From positions 378,524 to 442,523 of the forward strand of contig MNCI01000001.1 of NCBI GenBank assembly GCA_015680685.1: a stretch of DNA of 64,000 bases, read 5' to 3'. Source of the stretch: Gnetum montanum (lineage: Eukaryota > Plantae > Gnetophyta). This document shows, piece by piece, positions 8,688 to 21,229 of this stretch (positions are counted from its first letter, which is position 1; each line of letters starts with the position of its first letter). Made by a program: the position numbers and the translations under genes. The notes under the pieces were generated by a model. It did no database searches, was not told the DNA's origin, and saw nothing but the letters and a program-made list of their open reading frames with translations.

Positions 8688-11600
8688 ATAGGTATATAGG
8701 TTTACAAAATTTATGTTGAAGAAAATAATATATCTCTTATAATTTCTTATTAAGGAAAGAATTCTGAAAATTCTGAATTTTTTTTATAATGTACAAAAAA
8801 ACTTTATTCTTGAGAATAAGATACAAAATATGGGGAAAGAAAAACACTGAAAAAACCTCTTGAGAAGAAAAAACTTAGTTTCTTTTCACCCAAAAAACAT
8901 AGCTTAGTTTCATGAAAACTATTGACTTAAGAATTTTATTTTTCACAAATGCTTATTCAATTCACTATCTTGAAAATGAATAAGGAACTTATTAAGGAAT
9001 AAGAATATTAATGGTTTACAATTTACGTTATGCTTGTACACGATGAGAAATTTAAAATTTTTTAAAAAGTAAATATTATCCTTATCATAGCCTTATCCCA
9101 ACTACAAGGCTTAGTTTTATGAGTTCCTATTTTGCCTTTTTTAACCATTGGCCTTTGTTAAGACCTAAATTAATATTAATTTTTAATTTACTTTGGTTTT
9201 CCTTTGGTTATTTTCCCTCTACATCAAATAAAAACCATTTCTCTAGGAACCAAAGATTCATGACTAACTATGACCAAACCATTTGAGGTGACTTTTCTTA
9301 CTACTTATAAGTAATATCCCAAAAAATGAAATATATAAATTAATAAGTTTAAGTAAAATGTAATGTTAATATTTTACATTGTAATTAGCCTACTCAACCT
9401 TAGAACATAAATAGTTATTATGTCTACCTAAAAATATTATAATTCCATGAATACCAGAAGGGGCTAAATAGTTTTGTACAAAATTCATCTATCTGCCAAT
9501 CCTCTTTTAAATTTTTATCCATCATATAATCCTTTATTCTATCTCAACTGTTTTCTATTAAATCACCTATATTTAAGAGAGCCCAATTTCTCAACTTGAT
9601 GAGGTTAAAGTAATCATCAAGAGGAAGGACTAGAGAGGAAATAAATGCTTAAGATACTACCTCAAGAATAACATACATTATATATTTTTGCAAAGCATTT
9701 AGAATTCTACTACAATTATTAATTTTAGTATTAATATTCATCTTGTTTATAGTAAAATAAGTCTTTTATGAATTATAAATGTATTTTAAAAATCAATTTA
9801 AAAAATTTTCAATCTATTTTGTAGAGTTCTATAATAGTGTCTTATGATTTCTTCTTGAATTTATATGAGTGACAACTCACATTTTTTGTGAGCTAGAAGT
9901 CAAGAGTGCATGTTTTTGATAGTAAACTACTATAAATTCTAAATGTCACTTAGCAATTCATTTTGTACAACTTCTATACCCTTACAGATTGACATTGATG
10001 TCAAGAATCTATAGTAAAACATCAACTAATATTTTTTAAAAAATCTTTTTACTAGAGCATAGATTGTTTTGGTAAAAGATGGTTACTTTGAAAAATAATT
10101 CTTCTTTAACTAACTTAAATTTTTAACATATATTTTAGGAATTTTCAATACATACTTACGTGCTTAGTCTTGTTCATAGGATATTTTTAATTCATGTTTA
10201 TGTTATTTTACAAGTTAACCAAACTCTTATTTTCTTAATCAAAACCCTTTCTTTGTCATATATTAGAAAGTATTTTTCTTAAAAGGTAAATCTCTTTTCA
10301 TAGTTACACTATTTTTAGTACATATAATTAGATAAACATCTTTTTATTTACCAAGCTTCTTAGAAAAAATAACTTCTTTTGATAAACATATGGCCATCTA
10401 ACATAGTTATTTCTAGTGTGATAAGATAATATTTGATTAAGATGAAGCCATTATAGTCTTTAACCAAAAACCATATTAGAAAAATGAACAACAAAGGGTT
10501 TATTATCAATACAAAAAGTTGGGAAACTAAGAAGAATAACTCTAAATATTTTCAAGACTAATGTTATAAGGCTTTTAAGAAAGATATCCTTTGATCTTAT
10601 ACTAGAAATTTCAAAATTTTTTAAAGAAATATAAGAACCATTTATCTACATTTTAACATTAGTAAAAATCATTTTACTATAGTGCATTGCTTGCCAACCT
10701 TAGGAATAACCTATCTTCCCATTAGTAAAATGATATCTTAGTAGATCTTGTTAGTTCTAGTATTCACTTTGGTAACTCTTACTCCATTCATTCTATATGC
10801 CCATGTTGTAGTTTAGAAGCAAGATAAAGAAACAAATTTACCATGCCCAATTTCAAGGTAATAGAAGCCCATAACTACATATGAAAATATAGTAAAAGAA
10901 CATAGTCAAAGCTCAAATCTCAAAAGAAGACAAAGATCAAGTGAAAGAAAAATAATTTTTGTAAAAATAGTAAAAAAACAGAAAGTATTAAAGCCATGTA
11001 ATTTATATTTCAATTATTATGTCATATATAAAAAGATAAGAAATTCTATTATTTTTACTTATACTAAAAGTTTGATGTACAGATGTAATTGGCAAATGAC
11101 CCCAATCTCTCATGTCTCTTGAATTTCTAGCATAATTTTCTATAAAATAGGCTTGTCCAGTTATCTTCTAGTATGTCCCCATCATTCGACTAGAAATATG
11201 TAGGCAAACTATGTTTGTAAGAGATGTAATTGATGTCATTAAGATAAATTGATGTTACAATAATAAGATCAATTATGTTACAAAATTTTCCACTCCAATA
11301 ACTTTCATCATCAATTCATCATATTCACAAATTCATTGTTCCAAGAAGTTGAATAATCACATTTGGGGCTATTTTTGTGTAATAGATTTCAACTATTAAA
11401 TAAACTCAAATCAATTCCAAATTTTCAAGTAGCTAGATTGTTGAAAGATCTTTGTATTAAGTATTCACTTATCTCAAAATCTCTCAAATCATAGAGATAT
11501 TCATCATGCAAATCACCAATTTCTATTTTGAACAATAAATAGTTGTATTCAAGATCCACCTTTTGAGACATATTTGAATCATCAAAAAAATTTAAATTAA

Positions 11601-14242
11601 TATGAAATACCATAGGCTTATAGATTGTAGAATGGGTTTTCCAACAAGCCTATGATCATCCTAAAACTTATCAAGATCATGAATATATTGCAATTAAAAT
11701 ATAGTAAAAAATTTAATTATGCTCAATTAGGTTACCCACATCATTCAATATATTAGGTTGCCAAAAATCTACAAAATAAAAAATTCTTTTAAATTTTCTT
11801 ACATCTAATAAAATCAAAAAATCTTATAAGATTCACTAATTTATCAATTCATTTTGGTGATAGAAGATGAACTTTCAAAGAAGGGATTCCAAGAGTATCA
11901 TATTCCTTAAGTTACTTGTAAGTGTTTCATGACACATAGTTCATGAATTTGTAATCATTAGAGTTTCTTCATAAATAATATCAGTTAAGTACTTATCATT
12001 AAAATAATAATAATGAATTTGAGTTTTTCTCTTTCATTTTAGATTCAATGTTATACTATACAATTCAACAATATTAATAATTTTTTGAAAATCACCTTCT
12101 ATTTCTCTAATTAACAAAAACATGTCATTAGTAAATTAGTTATGAAAGACCATACTACCATTAGGAAGATTTATGTTACAAGCATGACCTAACATACCAT
12201 TAAATCTAAGGACAACACTTAAAGCATAAAAAGAAAGATGAAAAAANNNNNNNNNNNNNNNNNNNNNNNNNNNNNNNNNNNNNNNNNNNNNNNNNNNNNN
12301 NNNNNNNNNNNNNNNNNNNNNNNNNNNNNNNNNNNNNNNNNNNNNNNNNNNNNNNNNNNNNNNNNNNNNNNNNNNNNNNNNNNNNNNNNNNNNNNNNNNN
12401 NNNNNNNNNNNNNNNNNNNNNNNNNNNNNNNNNNNNNNNNNNNNNNNNNNNNNNNNNNNNNNNNNNNNNNNNNNNNNNNNNNNNNNNNNNNNNNNNNNNN
12501 NNNNNNNNNNNNNNNNNNNNNNNNNNNNNNNNNNNNNNNNNNNNNNNNNNNNNNNNNNNNNNNNNNNNNNNNNNNNNNNNNNNNNNNNNNNNNNNNNNNN
12601 NNNNNNNNNNNNNNNNNNNNNNNNNNNNNNNNNNNNNNNNNNNNNNNNNNNNNNNNNTTTTTTTTTTTTTTTTTTTTGGAATATGCCTACTGTAGTATCT
12701 TCTATCCTATCATAGGCTAGTAGGGAAATATTTAAAAGAAGAAAATAAAATAAAAAAAAGTTACAACACCACTTAATAACTAGACTAGATTCCAAAACTA
12801 GAATAAGAAAGATTAAACAATAGGAATACAAAAAATCATTCACATTAAGAATAAAGAAAAAATAAGGAATATAAATAAACATAGTACAATGGTCCCTTCA
12901 CAAAGCAAAGCAAAATAGTTCCTTGTCCATTACCATATAACAAATGCTAATATCATGCTATTGATTAATAAAATCTATAGCAATAACAAACACCTATGAT
13001 AAAATAGAAATAAATAATCAAAATGATCTCAAATAGGGATAATGCTATTCAAATGAGACCTCTACATAGTTTTATATCACGTGTATGAAAATATTCTAAA
13101 AATAACTATTACATAATTTGACATATTATATTGATTTTCAATAATAATAGTCCACATAGTATCAAAATAGTATTTGAATATTAACTAGTTTAGCTATATA
13201 TTTAGGATATATATCTATTACTTGGTCAAGGAAATTTTTTAATATTTTTGAAATTAATAAAATCTAAATTTGATTCACTAAGGATTAATTTTTATGTTAA
13301 AAATAAAAATCAATACCAGTTTATGTTATTCAATAATAAATCTTATAAAAAAGGTCATCTCTTCAGCTAGCTTTATGACAAAATTGTATCTCAAGGAACA
13401 AAATCTAGGTAACAAAGTAGAGGTAGTTCGCCTCTCCAAAAAACTCGTATCTAAAATAATAATTCCCATGAAAATGTTACTCTTAGTCTAGAATTATGAT
13501 GAAAATTATTTATTTATCGTGACAAAGTCTAGGCACTTAGTAGTTAGCCTCTTGGTCATAATTCTCTTTCTTAGCTATTATGATAAGAGAAAAATTGTGA
13601 TCAGGAGAGCCCCTCTTCACCATGTGATGATAGAGCATCCAGAATGTTAAGAATGGTAGAAAAATTTAGATTTTTATAATTATTAACTAAAATTACAAAA
13701 CATTTGTTAGAGGTATTTTAGAGTTGCAAGATAAAAAACCATAAGAATCCACATCAAAAATCTCAAATCATAGCCTAAACTTGATAAAACTTAGATCCAA
13801 AATAATAGATCAAAACCTTAAAACCTATAATGAACTTGCTAAATCCTCATGTTAAAAATAGTAGAAAGATAGATAACATGAAGAATCATTAGATCTAACC
13901 AATACCAGAAGAATAAGCATAATACATGTGTAAAATTGCTAAATGCAAATTGAAAATATGAGGAATTGGTATATCTTTTCTACTTCATGATTTAATTAAA
14001 TCCTAGGCTTCAATTTTCTTTTGAAACATTACCTTTAATCCCCACCTAGAAAAGGATTTGCTAACGTATTAGATGTATTTACATAAAAAGAAAGAAAATT
14101 AATATTTTGACAAACCCTAACTAATAGCACCTAAATCTACCCTTTTAGATGTAAGCATAGCACCCCTTATAATGCTCCAATTAGATGCATACACAAACTT
14201 CTAATAGTGAGATAAGACAAATGCTTAGGAAAAAGTGTTTAG
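8683..14242. repeat. Unclassified AT-rich non-coding repeat unit (~6 kb once the gap is filled); possible non-autonomous element
   Basis: Its ends are defined by the short derivative at 7393-8555; a second copy lies at 41813-47952. No credible ORF, TIR or TSD was identified. Confidence 0.45.
12247..12657. other. Assembly gap (411 N)
   Basis: Run of n flanked by an A tract and a T tract. Confidence 1.
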
Positions 14243-14852
14243 GATGTTTATCATGGATTTATATTTCTAAAATACATGAGCCTCTAATATAAAAATAAAT
14301 TTAGAACTCTATTTTTATATTTTATTTCATCTTATTTCTAAAGTATATGTTCAAGATCCTAGATAAAATGCCTAGGTATGCATACCATTTAATTATATCT
14401 TTAACTTACTTGGGACCAATAGTTAAAGTAGAGTTGTTGAAATTAACTATAACCACACTCCAAGATATATAGCCAACATGATGCTTAAAAAGCATTATAA
14501 AGGAATATGATGATGCTTGAAATATGACTAGAGGTAATAAGTTTTACTTGTAAATCTTTGTCACATAATGAGTTAACCACTTAAGTGAGCTTTCATTTGT
14601 GAAATAAGAGTTAAAGACCTTATAACATTCAAAAATTTATAGCTATACCAATTTCAAAGTAATCACATGACATACATCTTGAATACTTGAATCCACAACC
14701 ATGAAAAACACATGCCCTAGTATAGTAACTTATGCAAGATCCATAATAATGTGTATAAAATAATTAAAATTATTATCATATATCAAGCATGTAGAAAATA
14801 TAATATAGCCACAATTTGATAATACCCCAAGTTATGAGTTTGATTCCAATGG

Positions 14853-15241
14853 ATTATCATTATCATTATTATTCTATCCTAGTCTCAATAACATGGGGTC
14901 AACTACATGAGTTCTGTTGCACTATTTTTCTCTATGAAGAGCTAGATCTTTATTTATTTGTAGTTCCTTGAAATCATCTTTGATCGTTTTTTCTCATATC
15001 TTCTTTGATCTTCCTTTTGGTGGATTTCCTAGAATAGTGTTATAGCAATATTTATTTATAGACTCATTATCTAATCTTCTTTGCACATGTTCAAACCATA
15101 TAAGCTATCATTCTTATAGCTTATTTGAAATAGTAGCCACTCCAAGTGTTCCTCTAATGTATGTATTATGCATTTTATGTCTTTTAGTAACATTTAGTAT
15201 CCATCTATGTATTCACATTTCTACCACATTGATTTGTTATT
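14853..15241 (-). mobile_element. RTE-clade LINE 3' fragment with (AAT/GAT)n tail
   Basis: Minus strand reads NVVEM*IHRW...LIWFEHVQRR (cf. the RTE motif VAEMRMLRW...LRWFGHVxRR). It is followed by CATGTAG(TT/CC)GACCCCA..., the typical plant RTE 3' UTR, and a trinucleotide tail. Confidence 0.8.
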
Positions 15242-16170
15242 TGATGAGTGGTGGGCAGTATCTATGCCCAATCATATGAATCATAATTATTCACATGCAA
15301 TCTCGTCAAATTTATTAGACTTAGTTACCTAAGTTGCTGACATTCCTAAACAATGAATTGTGTAGTTGTAGGTCATTATCTTTCCAATTCATACTTGTGT
15401 TAAACTATGCATATGGTTATGTGTGGTTGAGGCACAAGATATTTATTTTTATGTTTTTTATTATTTTTCTCCTATTTGCTAGATGATTGAATGAAAATTT
15501 GATAATTAAATTAATTAACTACTTTATTAACTAACTATCCTAACATGGAGTATCTATTCCTATTTTCCATACATATCCTAAACATATATTGATTTTTCTA
15601 GGTTACCAAGTATATACTATAGGATGTACCAAGTATCCACTACTAGGATTACCAAGTGTTAATATGTTATACTTGAAATGATCATCCTCACGTGCCTTAT
15701 GAATGATAATATTAATTAATTAAGAATAAGAAAGTAAATCTCATGTAATGTAAAGTGCTGGAAAGTAGAATTATGCTAGTCTAACTACTACAATGGATGT
15801 AGGAAATTTTGATTTTATTACAATCCATGCAAATGTGTCTAGGTACATAGCCATTTAAATAAAATGCTATAAAATCTCATAAATCCATACTGTGGGCACT
15901 CAAAGGAAAAATATTCTAACTCTCGAAGGAGGAAACCACAAGAATCTAGCTAAGGCTAAGATCAGAAGGTACCATAAATGCGAGGGGTATGTGTATTTAT
16001 ATAGAAAATGAGTGCATCAATGTCAATGTACCTGCATCAATGTCAATGTACCTGCATCAATGTCGATGTACCTACATCAATGCATCCTAGCATATGTCAA
16101 TGGGGATATGTTGATAAAGTTGCATCAATAGGCATGCATTGACATAGCTTGTATCATTGATAGTTCATCA
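15242..16170 (-). mobile_element. Athila-type LTR, diverged family (LTR3; 3' LTR of the composite)
   Basis: Termini TGATGAG...TCATCA. The first ~70 bp are homologous to the LTRs at 24537 and 33699. A PPT-like tract abuts it at 16171-16204, and it contains a 20-bp tandem repeat at 16013-16082. Confidence 0.75.
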
Positions 16171-16417
16171 TACCTCCATGATTTAGTAAAAACTCATCCT
16201 TGAGTAAAAAAAATTGGGATCCAGTTTTTTACAAAATATAGGGAAAGTATGGAATTTATTTATAAATAGATTGACTTACTAACTCTAACTAACTCTAAGT
16301 GTCAGATTGTACAATTTCATAAAAATGAGTATCCTTTACAACAACATTAGACATATAGGTAAAATTGTAGTAGGAACCTATTAAATGGATGAAGGTGGAA
16401 TGAACTTTTATACTGTG

Positions 16418-19178
16418 ACTAAGGGTGAAGGCTCTTGTAGTGCACATGGTTCTTCATCTTGTCTTAGTTTTGCCGATGCCTAGGCTATTATGCTATTACC
16501 ACTAGAATTTTAAAAGCATCCAAAAGTGCTTTCATCTTTTTCTCTTTGCTCTATGGGTCATACATGATCCAAGAAGCTTCACCTATATGGGCTAGTGTAG
16601 GAATGTCCCATGGGCATGGCATCAATGGAAACATTTCTTTGTGTTGATGAACTAGTTTACAAATGTCTTACATTCAATGTCAAACATCTTTACAAGGTTA
16701 TGTATCTTCTGGTAGTCATTCATCCTCCTTGCTAGGTTCTTAGAAATAGATTGTTGGTCAGTGAACTTGCTTTTGAGAACTTCAAGGTCTACATTGGTTG
16801 TCTCAAACTTTTCTTTTGTTTCTTTATGGAGCTAAAATTTCACTTCATAGAGGATGTAGGAGTTGGCAACCTCCTTTTTCAATTCTAATCTTACCCTCCC
16901 CATTGTTAGCATTGCCAAGTTTTCATATCAGAGGTTCATGAGCTTTATATACTTTGTCATCTCCTAGATTTACAACCCTTTTACGGAGATTTCTACATTA
17001 TTATATGTATTAAGTCTATTGAAGATGGGTTTCCATACATCACCTCTTTATTGGAGTTGTTGAAGGGCCTCGTTCATTTTTATCTTTGTCAATTTTATTT
17101 TTTTCTCATTGATCTCCTTGAGTAATTCAACTTGGCCCTTGTAATGATCTTCACTTGTTCCAATTTTAGTGCCTCATTCTTCTAGGTGGTTACCTCAATT
17201 GTAGTCTTCTAGTGAAGACCACAAACCTCCTACATCGAGAAATCTTGATTTTCTACTATCAGCCTCATCAAGTTTGAGTTCACCATCGCAAGTTAATTGT
17301 GTTGTTATAATATATGCTTGACTAGCTGGTCCTTTTGTTGCTCAACATTTCATAAGTGGTGATTGTTCTTGATGAGGACCAAGTTCTTTTTGTGAACCTA
17401 TGACATGTCCTTGTCAATTTTGTTGGCCATAGCCTCTTGGAAGAGCACATTAAAGATTACCATTTCCTTCGCATTCTTGGCTTGTTTGTATTTCTACTAA
17501 AGCTATTAGAAAAATTCATCCTATGTAAGCTCTAGCCTGAGAATGGTGGGGTTAGAGAGATGGGCTCTCAACTCAATAGCTTTAATAGCTAATCATTGGT
17601 TGGTCATAGTACCCATCTCAAGTTTTGTATTAGTAATTAGTAGTTTTTCCCTTGTCTCTTGTAGTTATGACTAGTTCATGGTGATTTTATCCAAGAGATC
17701 AAAGATATTTAGAAGCAATTACACTACTTCCACTAGTCTTTCTAACACCTTCTCATGTTGGGTAGTACTCATTTGATCACTTCATACTCTTATAGATGCT
17801 CTATTATCCATCATCTATCTTGCTATCTCTTAGTCCTTATGTTGTGTCACTAGGATTGTTAAAGCCTCACCTTCCTCAAACATGACTAGGAAGCATATCT
17901 TTTCTAGAAATCATAGGAAATGTTTGTCTAGGTATCGACACTGTGATCTTCTTGGTACTTGGATTGGACCTTGTGGTTTCCTAGTTTCTCTACATGGCGA
18001 ATAACAAGGTTGTATGACTATTTAGCTACTTGATGGTTCTTGTGACCTTGTTCAAATGACTCATGGCTAGATGGTAAATGGATGATTATCCACCACCTGC
18101 ACATCCTTGTTGTTACTACAACCACTACTCCAAAAGCTTTTTGATTCATATGGTAGTTGTGAGCATCTTTGATGTAGTTTCTAGGACCATAGGTGATGGT
18201 GGTAGTAGCTACTTCTCTTCTTGCAGCTTTGCTACTACCTATCCTTTATCATTTCCCACCATAATGTAGCAAGAGCATGGCAGACAACATCATTTGAGTA
18301 GTGAGCTATTCCTCTCCTTTTGCATAGCTTGTGGATTAAGCATGGGAAGGGAAGTGTCTTCCTATCCTTCTCATTATTCTTGAGCTATTTCTCAATGTCT
18401 AGGAAAATGTCTTAGGGTAGGTTAACCAAGAATTCCCGACTTAGAGTAGCACATGTTCTTATAGAGAAGACTATTATCTTATTGGGGCTCATCATTGGGT
18501 TTAGGTAATAAGACATAATTTTGAAATATGCTCACTTCATCTTTTTAAGGGCACTATACTCCTTATGGTCCATCCTGTCACATCACAGGATCCATTCCTT
18601 CTTGGCCTTTACATTCACCTATGGTGATATTTTAGCTAGTTTTTCCTTAGTGTTGGGAACATCAAGGGATTTTGTTATGGCCTCTACCAAATAGGATATG
18701 GTGATCTCCTTGATTTTTTACCAATGCATCTCCTTAGTTATTCAAAAATAAGTATGTCTCTTTTCATATACTATTCTCTACTATTAGAGGGAATGGACCA
18801 CAAGGGGGATTCCTCTAGTTGTATTCAGACCTCCTATGATGCTAGTTCCAAGAAGAATTTAAAGTTCATCTTCTGAAGGATGGAACTTTGGACCTCCTTG
18901 ATCCTAATGCATTCTAAATAGTCCTTGGTTAGGATGACCTCCAATGTAGGCCTTGTTCTAGGAGCCTCATCCTACCTAGATTGGATTCTTTTGGTAGTGG
19001 AAATCTACATGACAAATTTCACTTTGGGCTCTTCTTGAAGACATCTAGTAGCATGTGTGACCTTGTCCACTTGCTCTTAGAGTTATGGTTGCTACTATTG
19101 TTTACCCATTCCTCCTTAGGGTTGCTTTTTCATGGGCTTTGAAGGCCCTCCTACTTGTAGTCCTTATTTTGGGGCCAT
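16418..19178 (-). pseudogene. Decayed extra 3' ORF (Athila env-like / putative plant transposon protein)
   Basis: Lies between integrase and PPT and starts MAPK at 19178. Segments such as RTRPTLEVILTKDYLECIRIKEV and KEITISYLVEAITKSLDVPNTKE are interrupted by many stops. Family assignment rests on position and loose motif resemblance. Confidence 0.5.
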
Positions 19179-21229
19179 TTGTGATCACAAATGTAACCCA
19201 TGATCAACTTTTTATTTCATAACCTCTAGTTGTTTGACTAGCTTTCTTGTTAGATCAGGTTATATTTAGTTATTGGGTGTTAAGGGTTGATCATTTAAGT
19301 GTTTGTTTATGATCTTGACAATGTGTATTATTTTAATATTATTTTATTTCTAACTATCAAATTTTATTTATTGGTCTTAACCCTTTATGATGATTAATTT
19401 AATATTATTTTAAGAGATTGACCATGGGAAGTTAGAAAAATTTCAAAAACTATTTTGAGATAAACCAAAGGTTTGTGTTTCTCACAAATTAAAGTTGAAC
19501 TTCGGTAGCTCACAGGGTCAAAGAATGAGTGAAAACAAGTTAATGATTGGTGAGTAAGAAGGTTTGGATGGCCTTTGGACTCTAAAAAAAATACAAAAAC
19601 TTCTCTAGTGCTTTTGGAAAATGGTGAAAAATGTGCCAAGTTTCTTGCATATATATAGACTTTTTATACTATGTTGATGAGGCTACATAAACTCAACACA
19701 CTACATTAATAGGGTAGTGTTAATGTAGCTATGCATAGCTATTTTTCACATTAATAACTAGAGAAATTTTAGATGAGTTTTGAAATTTAACAAGAGATAG
19801 ATGGAAGTCAGAAAGATGGAGGATAATTATAACAACATAGAAGATAATAGGTGTAACCTAGAAGAAGCAATTCTAGTGGATTTGGATAAATATATGATAT
19901 CGTATACAAAAAACTAGATGTTTGAATGATACTAGAATGATTGATTAAGTAAGTGACTTATTATTAGGAAATTTAAGTTAAGTTATACCAAAGGGATGCA
20001 AGTGGATCCTTCCAAAAGTAGGAACAAATCTCTTGTGTCATTACATACCTTCATTGTAAGAAGTTTGTGTACCCCAATGATGATAAATGGTTGAGTTAAG
20101 TTAAATCTCATACTAATGAAAGAAATTATCCAAGTTTTATGTGATCTAGAAAAAAAACTAAGAAATTTCATATGGCATTAGATAGTGAGGTGGTAAATCA
20201 TGAGATGAATGAATGATAGAGAGAGCATGTGAAAGAGAAAATTGGCATCTTAGTCACCCAATATTTTTGGTGAAAATGGTGATTAAGATGACATGATACT
20301 GATCCATTCCAAGTTGACACCAAGTCTAGTTCTCTTTAAGAAACCTTGCATTGACATAGGTCCACTTTGCATTGATTGAATGTTTAGGCCAACTCCAAAG
20401 GACAATCATCACTCCAAGAGAAGAAAAAAAGGAAAGAAGGAAGTAGAAAGGACCTTAGGTAGAAGGGTGTCTTTAGGCAAGAGTAACATGTCTTTCCAAC
20501 CACATAACCAATGCTTCTAATCCATTATGGAATCTAAGGGATGTGCTTTGAATTTGCATGTGTTTGTGTTTTTTTTCTCACAAATAGCACATCATCTAAA
20601 GAAATGCTTCCTTTTATGGTAGACGGTAGGAGTGATGACATACTAGTGGAATTTTATAGAACTTAAGAATGATGTTGAGAGAAACCATATCAAATCCCCT
20701 TGAGCTCACATACTTTTTCATTCCCTCTTGGTCCTTTGCTAGTTCGTTGGATAGCAAGATCATTGATTAAGTTTTAGGTTTTAATGTGAAAGAACCTTGT
20801 GCTTCCAAAATACTAATTTCTCTTGGAACAAATGGAATAGATGAGTTTCATGAGCTCATTGCCTAATACCACTATAAAATTGAGAGAGTATTAGTAAAGA
20901 ACATAATCGAAAGACAAAAATTACCCTTTTTGGTTAACCAATCATAATAGTAATAGCTTCTTTAATACTTGTTAGATTTGTAGTAGCAAGAATAAAATCC
21001 AAGATTTCCAATAAAACTAGATGAAATTAATAAAGGAAAAAATAAAAAGAAAAATATTTAAAATAAGCAAGAAAATATGTAAGAAATGAAAACCATTTAA
21101 AGAATAGTGAAAAAAGGTGAAATTCTGGTTAGCCTTATCAATGTGTTAGCACATATGGCCATCTTCCCCAAGACTATGATGAGAGGAGGAGATTCAAAAA
21201 ATGTGTAGAGGTATCAATGTTATTAGTTA

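Noticed and set aside
12658-12677. Poly-T tract as the tail of a minus-strand retroposon (also 46368-46384)
   Set aside because: No TSD, coding remnant or Pol III boxes identified next to it.
12136-12882. Long ORFs of 248 and 160 aa
   Set aside because: Created by the N run.
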